From: an uncultured Actinomycetota bacterium
GTDB taxonomy: Bacteria > Actinomycetota > Actinomycetes > JAHEKZ01
Reading direction: 5' to 3'
NCBI GenBank assembly: GCA_963706045.1
Contig: CAVPLY010000002.1
Location: 159,134-223,133, forward strand
Length of the DNA: 64,000 nt
Shown: piece after piece, positions 48,309-57,102 of the stretch
Position numbering within the stretch: position 1 is the first letter of the stretch
How the letters are laid out: every line of letters starts with the position of its first letter
Position numbers and translations under genes: made by a program
The notes under the pieces: generated by a model
The model's input: only the letters and a program-made list of their open reading frames with translations
The model's database searches: none
Told to the model about the DNA's origin: nothing

Positions 48309-48366
48309 GGGCGCGGTGCCCGGTTTGGGAGGCATCTGGCGGTCAGGTAGCCTTCACGTTCGGCAC

Positions 48367-48441
48367 GGGCCTATAGCTCAGCTCGGTTAGAGCGCTTCCC
48401 TGATAAGGAAGAGGTCGATGGTTCAAGTCCATCTAGGCCCA
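48367..48441 (+). tRNA. tRNA-Ile (anticodon GAU)
   Basis: Hand-folded cloverleaf: acceptor gggccta/taggccc, D-stem gctc/gagc, anticodon stem cttcc/ggaag with loop ctGATaa, and T-arm gatgg-ttcaagt-ccatc. The 3' CCA is not encoded. Confidence 0.9.
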
Positions 48442-48472
48442 CTGGTCGACACCCCGGCCACTTGGAGGAGTT

Positions 48473-48622
48473 ATGTTCAAGAAGTTGCTCGTCCTGGCTG
48501 CTGCAGCCGCTGGCGCGTTCGCCGTCTGGCGCAAGGTGTCCAACGACAAGGCTGAGCAGGATCTGTGGAACGAGGCCGTTGCTGACCTCGATCCCGACGC
48601 CCCCGTCGTCGACCTGCGCTAG
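48473..48622 (+). CDS. Small membrane protein, DLW-39-like
   Basis: Own translation: MFKKLLVLAAAAAGAFAVWRKVSNDKAEQDLWNEAVADLDPDAPVVDLR* (49 aa). A ggaggag SD lies 4 nt upstream. It sits between tRNA-Ile and tRNA-Ala and is below the track cutoff. Confidence 0.6.
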   Translation: MFKKLLVLAAAAAGAFAVWRKVSNDKAEQDLWNEAVADLDPDAPVVDLR

Positions 48623-48649
48623 CCGCACCCGCGCGCCGTGAGGCGCACC

Positions 48650-48725
48650 GGGGACGTAGCTCAATTGGCAGAGCACCGCCTTTGCAAGGCGGGGGTTAGG
48701 GGTTCGATTCCCCTCGTCTCCACCA
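48650..48725 (+). tRNA. tRNA-Ala (anticodon UGC)
   Basis: Hand-folded: acceptor ggggacg/cgtctcc including the G3:U70 alanine identity pair, anticodon stem ccgcc/ggcgg with loop ttTGCaa, and T-arm agggg-ttcgatt-cccct. The 3' CCA is encoded. Confidence 0.9.
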
Positions 48726-48798
48726 CTGTCACAGAGTGAGACTGTCCAAACGAGCGCGAACTCGCCTGGCTGAGCATCGCGATCCTTGAGGAGGCTCG

Positions 48799-49410
48799 TT
48801 GACTGATGGTGCGCTAGTCGCATACGGGTTCCTTGCCTTCGCCTTGCTTTCGGTAGGAGTGGCGTCGCTCGTTGTCCTGCACGTCTCCTCGACTGGCTAT
48901 TCACCCGTGCGCGACGCGGTGAGCAACTACGGGGTTGGTCGATACGCATGGGGGTATCGAACCCAGGTCGTGGCGATCGGGGTGGCGGCGGCGCTCGAAG
49001 CTCTAGCCTTCGGCCGCGACGCAACCGCCGGCACTGCAGGGGTTGTCTGGCTAGTTGTGTACGCGGTCAGTCGGGTCGCTATCGCCTGGGCACCGACTGA
49101 CCTGCCCGGTGCGGAGCGTACGCGGACCGGACGCGTGCACGCACTGCTGGCTGTTGTGGCGTTCACTAGCATCGCCGTCGCCACGTCCACGATCCCGAAC
49201 GACCTCCGAGGAGACTCGCCGTGGGCGAGTTGGGCCGATCTGCTCAACGCCCTCGGAACACTCGTGGTGGTGACCGCCCTCGCTACGGCGGCCGCCGCCC
49301 TCGTCGCTCCCTTGCGAAACGTGTTCGGCCTCGTCGAGCGCAGTCTGTACGTTGCCTCACTCGTCTGGCTGACAACAGCTGCGATCGCTTGCGTTGCCAT
49401 CGGGTGGTAA
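48799..49410 (+). CDS. Polytopic membrane protein (possibly DUF998-like)
   Basis: 203-aa ORF (TTG start) with about 6 hydrophobic segments. The family assignment is tentative. Confidence 0.4.
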   Translation: MTDGALVAYGFLAFALLSVGVASLVVLHVSSTGYSPVRDAVSNYGVGRYAWGYRTQVVAIGVAAALEALAFGRDATAGTAGVVWLVVYAVSRVAIAWAPTDLPGAERTRTGRVHALLAVVAFTSIAVATSTIPNDLRGDSPWASWADLLNALGTLVVVTALATAAAALVAPLRNVFGLVERSLYVASLVWLTTAAIACVAIGW

Positions 49411-49464
49411 GGCGGGTAGCGAAGGTTCGGGCGAGTGGGCGAAGGCCCCCGATACGATCGCGCG

Positions 49465-50283
49465 ATGACTGAAGACCTCACGCGGCGCCGGCTGCTGCTG
49501 GGTGGAGCTGTCGTTGGCGGAGTAGCTCTTGGCGCCGCAGCTTCCTGGCCGTTCCTGCCGACCCGGGTCAAGAACGTCTTCGTCGACCCTCCGTCTGCCT
49601 TCATCCCTGACGCCGAGGTAGGGCGAGTGACGCTTGAGTCCGTGTACTCGGAGTCGCGCGGCATGGATGTCGACCTCTTTACGGCCGTGCCCGCTGGCTA
49701 CGGGAAGGGCAAGGGGCTTCCAGTCGTCGTGATCTGCCATGGAGCGACGGCAACACCGGCCAGCTATGAGCCCTTTGGCCTGCCGCAATTCCTGACTGCG
49801 GCGGTCGACGCAGGCGCCGAACCGTTCGTGTTGGTGGGGGCGTACGGAAGCGCTCTCCGGTGGGAGCCGCAGCCGAGCGGTGACGATCCCCGCGCGATGG
49901 TTCTCGACGAGATGCCCGAGTGGATCGACGAGCGGGGTTTCGACGCCTCCCGACGTGCTCTCTGGGGATGGTCGATGGGCGGGTACGGGATCTTGCGGAT
50001 GGCCGAGCTCGAACCGGGTTGGGCCCGAGCCGTTGCGGCGTTCGCTCCTGCGATCGCCGAAGGCGACGAGGTGTTCGCCAACGTCGAGGAGCTCGCCGGA
50101 ACGCCCCTAGGCTTTTGGGTGGGCACCGACGACTCGTTCTACGAACCGGTGCAAGAACTCGTAGCGGCGCTGCCGGAAGATCCGGAGATCAACTCGTCCG
50201 GCCCAGGCGGGCACACGCGCATCTACTGGAACGACCAGACTATTGAGGCGTTTACATTCCTCGGCTCCCACCTCGGCAAGTAG
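49465..50283 (+). CDS. Secreted alpha/beta-hydrolase (esterase family) with Tat-type signal
   Basis: In-frame ATG at 49465 of track ORF 49435-50283. It has a twin-arginine signal, MTEDLTRRRLLLGGAVVGGVALGAAA, and a nucleophile elbow, GWSMGGYG (G-x-S-x-G). Confidence 0.6.
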   Translation: MTEDLTRRRLLLGGAVVGGVALGAAASWPFLPTRVKNVFVDPPSAFIPDAEVGRVTLESVYSESRGMDVDLFTAVPAGYGKGKGLPVVVICHGATATPASYEPFGLPQFLTAAVDAGAEPFVLVGAYGSALRWEPQPSGDDPRAMVLDEMPEWIDERGFDASRRALWGWSMGGYGILRMAELEPGWARAVAAFAPAIAEGDEVFANVEELAGTPLGFWVGTDDSFYEPVQELVAALPEDPEINSSGPGGHTRIYWNDQTIEAFTFLGSHLGK

Positions 50284-50299
50284 TCGAACATCACAGCGC

Positions 50300-51652
50300 C
50301 TAGCTGATGGCGGCCAGGAACTCCCTCGAGACATCGAGGTAGGCGTCCACGTCCGCCTCGTCAGCGGCGAACGAGATGGCCGGTCCGGCAGTGGCAATGG
50401 CGTCCCAGATTCCGCGGTTGGCGAAGAAGGCCTTACGGGCGTCGGCAAATGCCTCGTCGACGGAGGCGTAGCCGTCGCGTCCGGTGACCGGCGGCGCCGT
50501 CGACAGGCGCCACTGGCAGCGGCCGCCCCAACGGTCGATGGTGAAGCCGAGCCCGGAATCGTCGACCAGCTGCTGCAGCCCGGCTTGGAGCCTGGCACCG
50601 AGTGCATCGACCCGCTCATGTGCGGACGCTGTGAAGATCTCAGCCAGACCGGCCCGAGCCGCAGCCATCGAGAGCGCGTTGGCATACAGCGTGCCGCCGG
50701 TGGGTACCGACGGGGCCGTCAACGAAGTCGCCCTCCACATGGCCGGCCATGAACTGCGCGAGATCGTCGGTCATGCCGAAGACCCCGACCGGCACGCCCC
50801 CGCCTATTCCTTTGCCGCCGGTGATCATGTCGGGGTCGAGGCCGAACTCGTGTGCGCCGCCGCCCGTACCTGGCGAACTGTGTGTGCGTGACATCGGCGA
50901 TCAGCAGCGTTCCGTGGCGGCGGGACGACGAGCGCAGGTGCTCGTGGAACCCAGGGCTTGGCATGACCAGGCCACAGTTGGTCATCACTGGTTCCAGCAT
51001 CACGGCTGCGACATCGTCGCCGGCGAGTGCGGCGTCTAGTGCCTCGATGTCGTTGAAGGGCACGGTCGTCACGTGGTCACCAGACCCCGTCGGCAGACCA
51101 ACGCCGTCTGGTTCGCCGTGAGACCACAGCATCTCGTCCATGTGCCCGTGGTACTTGGCGTCGAAGACAAGCACCTGTTGACGTCCGGTGAAGGCCCGTG
51201 CCACCCGCAGTGCGTCGACGTTCGCGCCTGACGCTGACAGCGTGTACTGCCATGCCGGCAGGTGGAAACGCTCGGCGCAGCAGCTTGCTGACGCTGAGAG
51301 CGTCCTGTGTGGGGAGCAGGAAGTGATTGCCGAGCGCCGCCTGCTCGGAGATTGCCTTGACGATGGGCTCTGGGGCAAAGCCTGCCGCCATGGCGAGGTC
51401 GCAGAGGTTGAAGTCGCGGTACTGGCGCCCGTCGAGATCGGTGAACGTACTTCCGCTGCCAGAGACGGCGACGACCGGCGAATGGCGCCAGAAGCCCGAC
51501 ATCCACGAGACGGGGACGCCGTTGGGCATGACCGATCTGGCTTCGGCGAGCCATTCGAGGCTGCGAGGGATGGCCGCGTGGAAGGCCGCGGTCTCTTCGT
51601 CGCGTACCCGTTGGAGGGTGCGCCGGGTCGTGGGGGTGATCACTGAGTCCAT
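50300..51652 (-). pseudogene. Class-III aminotransferase with three frame interruptions (about 51280, 50885, 50705)
   Basis: Four consecutive minus-strand ORF fragments in different frames (51077-51892, 50719-51378, 50640-50894, 50300-50740). Joined, they read MDSVITP...NHFLLPTQDALSVSKLL | AERFHLPAWQYTLSASGANVDALRVARAFTGR...LIADV(T) | HSSPGTGGGAHEFGLDPDMITGGKGIGGGVPVGVFG... | GGTLYANALSMAAARAGL... Confidence 0.8.
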
Positions 51653-51743
51653 GCCTGATCCTGGCACGAAAGAGCGATGCCGGGTGTGCAAGGATCGGGA
51701 CGCCGACGACCGCACATCAGAAGGGCCGACCGTGGCTGAGCAA

Positions 51744-52262
51744 ATGTTCGCGACACTGAACACCAACCGTGGCGCGATCCGCATCGAGCTGTACCCCAAC
51801 CACGCCCCCAAGACTGTGGCCAACTTCGTCGACCTGGCCGAGGGCTCGCGCGAGTGGAAGCACCCGGGCACCGGCGTGACGAGCACCGACAAGCTCTACG
51901 ACGGCACGACCTTCCACCGGGTGATCAGTGGCTTCATGATCCAAGGTGGAGACCCGCTGGGCACCGGCACCGGTGGGCCCGGCTACCGCTTCGGTGACGA
52001 GTTCCACCCCGAGCTGACCTTCAGTGAGCCCTACCTTCTGGCCATGGCAAACGCCGGCCCCGGCACGAACGGTTCGCAGTTCTTCATCACCGTCGGCGCC
52101 ACCGACTGGCTGAACTTCAAGCACACCATCTTCGGCAAGGTCGTCGACGATGACTCGCGAGCCGTGGTTGACGCGATTGCCAAGACGCCGATCGGCGCGC
52201 AGGACCGACCTGTCGACCCCGTGGTGGTCGAGTCGGTGACGATCGAGCGCGTCGGCGCCTGA
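51744..52262 (+). CDS. ppiA: Peptidyl-prolyl cis-trans isomerase (cyclophilin type)
   Basis: C-terminal part of track ORF 51327-52262. The start is ATG 51744 (or GTG 51732). Sequence: MFATLNTNRGAIRIELYPNHAPKTVANFVDLA...FHRVISGFMIQGGDP...GPGTNGSQFFIT. Confidence 0.9.
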   Translation: MFATLNTNRGAIRIELYPNHAPKTVANFVDLAEGSREWKHPGTGVTSTDKLYDGTTFHRVISGFMIQGGDPLGTGTGGPGYRFGDEFHPELTFSEPYLLAMANAGPGTNGSQFFITVGATDWLNFKHTIFGKVVDDDSRAVVDAIAKTPIGAQDRPVDPVVVESVTIERVGA

Positions 52263-52272
52263 CGCGTCCGGC

Positions 52273-53239
52273 ATGACCGAGCAGCCGTCGGGCCGGCGCG
52301 GCGTCGCAGCCGCCGACGTGCTACCGGCACCCAGAGCGCGAGAGCCACATCCGCTGCGCCCGCTGTGAGCGTCCGATCTGCCCCGACTGCATGGTGAGCG
52401 CGGCCGTCGGCTTTCAGTGCCCGGAGTGCGTTGACGACGGGCGCAAGACGACGCGTGAGGCACGAACCCTGGCCGGTGGCGTGATCCACGGTGACCCTGT
52501 TCTGGTCACCAAGATCCTCATCGGGATCAACGTTGCTCTCTTCATGCTGCAGGTGGCGACCAACGACCGCGTGACGAATCGCTTTGCCATGCAGGGCTTG
52601 GCCGTCGCGTTCGAAGGCGAGTGGTGGCGTCTCATGACGTCGGCGTTCTTGCACACCGGCATCACGCATATCGCGTTGAACATGCTCGCGCTGTGGTTGA
52701 TCGGTGGCGCCGTCGAGCCGCGTCTTGGCCGGTGGCGGTACCTGACCGTCTACCTGCTCAGCGCCCTTGGCGGATCTGTGCTCTCGTACGCCGTCGACTC
52801 GCCCCTGCAGTCATCGGTCGGTGCGTCGGGTGCCGTCTTCGGGCTCTTCGGTGCGCTGTTCGTCCTGATGCGCCGGCTACGTTTCGAAGTGGGCGGCCTG
52901 ATCTCGATCATCGTGATCAACGTCGTGATCGGATTCGTCCCTGGCCTGAACATCAACTGGCGGGCTCACCTCGGTGGTCTGATCATCGGTACCGTGCTGA
53001 CCGCTGTCATGGTCTACACGCCGCAGCCTCGACGCCTTGTGGCTTCAGTGGTGGCGTCCGTCGTCGTGCTGGTTGGCTGCACCGGAGTGACGGTATGGCG
53101 TAGTGATCAGATCAACGCCTGTCTCGACGGCACCCAGAACCCGAACACGTGCCTCGACGACATCACGTTGGTGGGGGCACCGGCATCAGCGAACAGCGGC
53201 AGGATCTCGACGAGCGCGGCCGTACACACAGCCCGATAG
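52273..53239 (+). CDS. Rhomboid family intramembrane serine protease; frame interrupted between the ATG at 52273 and about 52318
   Basis: ORF 52391-53239 has the rhomboid core (HIALNMLALW, catalytic VGASGAVFGLFGA, and AHLGGLIIG). The open frame extends upstream, encoding the usual N-terminal zinc ribbon CYRHPERESHIRCARCERPICPDCM with no in-frame start. The only ATG (52273, MTEQPSGRRG...) is in another frame. Confidence 0.75.
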
Positions 53240-54518
53240 GGCCAGCTGCTGGAAAGCGCCGTGCACCTCCACGCTCACCTCGACGACATCAGGTGAGTCG
53301 ACCCGTCCCACCCGGAAGCGGGTGTCGGACTCCGGGTACAGCACCTCGAAGCTGCCCGCCACGGGGTCGGCCAGACGCAGCTCGCCGTCGGCGTGGAGCA
53401 CTCGTAGCGTCGACGCCCACGGGTTGTACGAGCGGTAGAGGCCGACTGCTGCTCGGTACGGATGCTCGCTGCCGTCGTCCACGGGCTCGGGGCGTGGTCG
53501 AACGTGCTCTGTGGACGGCAGGTCGCACAGCAGGCGCAGCAGATGTCGGTTTGCCTCGGACACCTCCCCGTACCCGTTGATGAGCAGACAGGTTCCGATG
53601 CCGCGCTCGCGGTCGACCAGCACGTCGGCGAACATGCCGACCATCCCGCCGCTGTGCCCCACGGTGACCTGGCCCTCGGACTCGATGGTGTCCAGTCCGT
53701 AGCCCGTACCACCCGTCGTCGGTGCGGGCGTGGCGCCCGGCGAGGATCTCGAAGTCTTCTACACCGAGCACGTCATCGGCGCCGCTGTTGAGCAGGAAGC
53801 GAAGGTAGTGGCCCATGTCGTCCGGCGTCGCCGTGATTGCCCCGTCGGCGGTGCAGGTGGGGAAGAGGACATCGGGCGTCTGCTCGCCGTCCGCTCGCCA
53901 CAGCACATCGTCCCGCGGCGGGCGATGGCCCCGCACGTCGACGCCATGGTCGGTCGAGACCACCGAGGCGGCTGAGTGCGTCATGCCGAGTGGGCCGAGG
54001 ACCCGTCCCTCGAGGGATGCTTCGAGTGGCTGGCCGTCGACGGCCTCGATCACGTCACCGAGCAGCTCGTATCCCGGATTCGAGTACCAGAAGGGGCTGC
54101 CCGGTGGTTGGGGCGCTCCGACCGCACCCTGACGCGCCGATTCGAGCACCGAGTCCGGCGTCCATTCGCTGCCCCCTGGGAGCCCGGCCGTGTGCGACAT
54201 CAGATGGTGCAAGGTGGTGTCGCGGTTCAGGTGAGAGGCCCAGGGAAGGTGCTCGACCACGAGGTCTTCGGTCGAGAGTGTGCCCACTCGCTGCAGCTGC
54301 AGCACCACGATGCTGGAGAACGCCTTTGAGATCGACCCGATCTGCCAGCGCTGTGTCGCATCGACCGGTCGCATACCGGCCCGGTCGGCCACGCCCGACA
54401 GCTCGACATGCAGGGTCTTGCTCCGGTCGGTGATGACCACGGCCATCCCCGGTATCCGGCGCTCGGCCTGCCACCGCAGCGCCCAGTGGATTGCTTCCTC
54501 AGCCGGGTTCGGCACCAC
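53186..54518 (-). pseudogene. Serine hydrolase / beta-lactamase-family (class C-like) protein, frameshifted at about 53700-53750
   Basis: ORF 53289-54518 (GTG start, aggagg SD) has S-x-x-K (GSISKAF) and Y-x-N (WYSNPGY), then degenerates into Arg-rich sequence. The K/H-T/S-G motif and C-terminus (YGLDTIESEGQVTVGHSGGMVGMFADVLV...) continue in the frame of ORF 53186-53662. Confidence 0.7.
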
Positions 54519-54599
54519 ACCTCCTGCGGTCGACCCATGACGTCATCCACAGGAGTTATCCCCACTGTGGACTGAGTTACACGCCTGTGATTACCGCTG

Positions 54600-54854
54600 T
54601 TACTTCCAGCGGGTGGCTACCATCAGGCCGGCGAACATGAAGCCGAAGCCGATGGCGACGTTCCATGCGCCAAGAGCGCTGACAAAGCCGATCGAGCTGG
54701 CCGCCACGTAGTAGACGACGACCCAGGTCAGCCCGATGATCAGCAGGGCCACCATCGTCGGCACCACCCAACGGCCGCTGACAGCCGATGACTTGTCGGT
54801 GCGCTCGGGCGGAGGGATGTAGTCAGCTTTCTTACGAGACCGCGACTTGGGCAC
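54600..54854 (-). CDS. crgA: Cell division protein CrgA
   Basis: Track ORF 54600-54863. The likely start is the GTG at 54854, giving VPKSRSRKKADYIPPPE... (the family typically begins MPKSK/R). It has two TM segments and sits upstream of the DUF881/sortase/trpG/pknB block. Confidence 0.8.
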   Translation of the reverse strand: MPKSRSRKKADYIPPPERTDKSSAVSGRWVVPTMVALLIIGLTWVVVYYVAASSIGFVSALGAWNVAIGFGFMFAGLMVATRWK

Positions 54855-54921
54855 GTCAACCACTCCTTGTCTGACGCCCGGGTGTCCCGGGACTATCTAT
54901 CTGCCCCGTAGCGTAGTTGCT

Positions 54922-55620
54922 ATGCGGTCGACAGTGGTGTGGCGCGTCCTGGTGCCCGTCGTGCTGCTCGTGATCGGGCTGTTGCTCGCCACCTCGGCAC
55001 GGCTGGCCGCGGGTACCGACCTGAGGGCGGAGCGTCGCACCGACCTCGTGGGGTTGATCCGAGCCGAGCAGGACCGCGTCGAGGCCGAGACCGCGCAGCT
55101 GACCGCTCTTCAGGCGGCAGTGGCAGCGGCTGCTGAGGCGGGGGCGCCCACCCCGTCAGACCCAGAGCTTGAGTCGCTGATCGCCGAGGTAGAGGGACCG
55201 GGCCTCGCGGTCGAGTTGGCCGACGCGCCCATTCCGGTCGAGGGTGTGGCCGAGGGCTATACCGCCGACGACTACATCGTCCACGAACAAGATGTTCAGG
55301 CCGTCATCAATGCTCTGTGGGCTGGGGGCGCCGACGCTATCGGTGTGATGGATCAACGGATCATTGCAACAAGCGCCGTGAGGTGTGTGGGGAGCACGCT
55401 CTTGCTGCACGGTCAGGTGTATGCCCCCCCGTATACGGTGACGGCTGTGGGCCCCCCTGAGCGCATGCAGCGTGCGCTGGATGCATCTCCGCGCGTTGGC
55501 CTCTACCAGCAGTACGTCGACCTGCTGGGGCTGAGGCTCGACGTCCAGGTGTCCAATTCAGAGACGATTCCGGCGTACCAAGGCCCGGTGGCAGCCCGCT
55601 ACGCCGAGGTGGTCGGGTGA
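54922..55620 (+). CDS. DUF881-like membrane protein (Rv0012 position)
   Basis: In-frame ATG at 54922 of track ORF 54847-55620. It has an N-terminal TM (VWRVLVPVVLLVIGLLLATSA) and a coiled segment. The C-terminal part GGADAIGVMDQRIIATSAVRCVGSTLLLHG is typical of DUF881. Confidence 0.6.
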   Translation: MRSTVVWRVLVPVVLLVIGLLLATSARLAAGTDLRAERRTDLVGLIRAEQDRVEAETAQLTALQAAVAAAAEAGAPTPSDPELESLIAEVEGPGLAVELADAPIPVEGVAEGYTADDYIVHEQDVQAVINALWAGGADAIGVMDQRIIATSAVRCVGSTLLLHGQVYAPPYTVTAVGPPERMQRALDASPRVGLYQQYVDLLGLRLDVQVSNSETIPAYQGPVAARYAEVVG

Positions 55621-56288
55621 GCGCCGCACGGCGAGTCACCGGAGTCGTGGGCGAGCTGCTCATCACCGCTGGCGTCGTGGTGTTGTTGTTCGTCGGGTAC
55701 CAGTTGGTCTGGACCAACGTCCAAGCCGATCGCGTCGCGACCGCCAAGGCCAACGACTTGGAGCAGAGGTGGGAGGAAGAGGGGCCGGCGGCACCGGAGA
55801 TCGCGCCCGACCTGAAGAACGGCGAAGCCTTCGCCATCCTTCGGATCCCGCGGCTGGGTGAGAAGTTCCGGGTGCCGATCGTGCAGGGCGTCGACCTCGA
55901 CGTCCTTGCGACCGGTGTCGGGCACTACCCCGACACAGCGATGCCCGGTGAGGTCGGCAACTTCGCGGTCGCCGGTCACCGGGCGACCAACGGCGAGCCG
56001 TTCGCCTACCTTGACCAGCTGCGCGAGGGCGATGCTGTGGTCGTCGAGACCGGCACCACCTGGTACACCTACGAGGTCACTGACGAGTACATCGTGCAGC
56101 CCACTCAGGTGGGAGTGATCTTGCCCGTTCCCAACGAGCCATTCGCCAAGCCGCGCAAGGCGCTGATGACACTGACCACCTGCAACCCGCGGTGGGCGTC
56201 GTACGAGCGACTGATCTTCCACGCAGAGCTGGCCGACGAGCTGCCGAAAGGGCAAGGGCGTCCTGCGGCCCTAGGGGGTGAGGCCTGA
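55617..56288 (+). CDS. Class E sortase
   Basis: 223-aa ORF (GTG start) with an N-terminal TM, a catalytic His context (NFAVAGHRATNG), catalytic Cys in LMTLTTCNP, and a conserved Arg (YERLIFHA). Confidence 0.85.
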   Translation: MSAARRVTGVVGELLITAGVVVLLFVGYQLVWTNVQADRVATAKANDLEQRWEEEGPAAPEIAPDLKNGEAFAILRIPRLGEKFRVPIVQGVDLDVLATGVGHYPDTAMPGEVGNFAVAGHRATNGEPFAYLDQLREGDAVVVETGTTWYTYEVTDEYIVQPTQVGVILPVPNEPFAKPRKALMTLTTCNPRWASYERLIFHAELADELPKGQGRPAALGGEA

Positions 56289-56479
56289 TGTACGCGTGGC
56301 TCTGGCGTCATCTTCCAGGCCCCACTGCAGTGCGCGTGGTGATCGCGCTGACGCTGTTCGTCGCGGTCGTCGCGGTGCTCTTCGTGTGGGTGTTTCCCTG
56401 GGTTGAGCCCCGGCTGCCGTTCACCGACGTCACGGTCGACGAGTCAGCCTCGGCGGCTGGCCTAGGCTTGCGCGCGTGA
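56288..56479 (+). CDS. Small membrane protein coupled between the sortase gene and trpG
   Basis: 63-aa ORF. Its ATG overlaps the sortase TGA (TGATG) and its TGA overlaps the trpG GTG (GTGA). It has one TM segment (VRVVIALTLFVAVVAVLFVWVF). Confidence 0.5.
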   Translation: MYAWLWRHLPGPTAVRVVIALTLFVAVVAVLFVWVFPWVEPRLPFTDVTVDESASAAGLGLRA

Positions 56480-57102
56480 GCACCCAGATCCTGGTCGTCG
56501 ACAACTACGACTCGTTCGTCTACAACCTGGTGCAGTACCTCGCGCAGCTCGATGCCGACTGCACGGTTCTACGTAACGACGAGGTCGACCTGGGCGAGGC
56601 GGCTCGTTTTGACGGTGTCCTGCTGAGCCCGGGGCCGGGAACGCCCGAGGACGCCGGAGTCTGCGTCCCCCTGGTGCGTGAACTGGCTGGTCAGGTGCCG
56701 ATCTTCGGGGTGTGCCTGGGTTTGCAGGCGATGGCGGTGGCATACGGTGCCACGGTTGGCCGCGCGCCAGAGCTGCTGCACGGCAAGACGAGTCTCGTCG
56801 AGCATGACGGTGTCGGCGTCCTGGCCGGTCTGCCCAACCCCTTCACGGCGACGCGCTACCACTCACTGGCGGTCGAGGAGGCCACTGTTCCAGTCGACTG
56901 GGACGTTACGGGGCGTACGGCGTCCGGCGTCATCATGGCGATGAAGCACCGTGAGCAGTTGGTGGAGGGGGTGCAGTTTCACCCCGAGTCCGTGCTGACC
57001 GAGGGCGGCCATCTGATGCTGGCCAACTGGCTCACCGTCTGCGGCGACGCCGACGCGGTCGAGCGGTCGAGCGGCTTGGCCCCAGTCGTCCTCCACCATT
57101 AA
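56476..57102 (+). CDS. trpG: Glutamine amidotransferase component II of anthranilate/aminodeoxychorismate synthase
   Basis: 208-aa ORF (GTG start) with ILVVDNYDSFVYNLVQYL, nucleophile Cys in IFGVCLGLQ, and the His/Glu of the triad in VQFHPES. Confidence 0.85.
   Translation: MSTQILVVDNYDSFVYNLVQYLAQLDADCTVLRNDEVDLGEAARFDGVLLSPGPGTPEDAGVCVPLVRELAGQVPIFGVCLGLQAMAVAYGATVGRAPELLHGKTSLVEHDGVGVLAGLPNPFTATRYHSLAVEEATVPVDWDVTGRTASGVIMAMKHREQLVEGVQFHPESVLTEGGHLMLANWLTVCGDADAVERSSGLAPVVLHH

Noticed and set aside
46195-48335. Two long minus-strand ORFs (382 aa at 46195-47343 and 393 aa at 47154-48335)
   Set aside because: They are antisense to gyrA and the DUF3566-like gene. They have Arg/Ser/Thr/Pro-rich low-information sequence and no start context or motifs.
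48367-49410. tRNA genes as an integration hotspot / genomic island boundary
   Set aside because: There is no integrase, no direct repeat of the tRNA 3' end, and no compositional break that I could see downstream. The following genes are ordinary membrane and esterase genes.
51327-51743. 139-codon N-terminal extension of the cyclophilin ORF
   Set aside because: It is antisense to the aminotransferase pseudogene and has no cyclophilin homology. Cyclophilin similarity begins at MFATLNTNRG.
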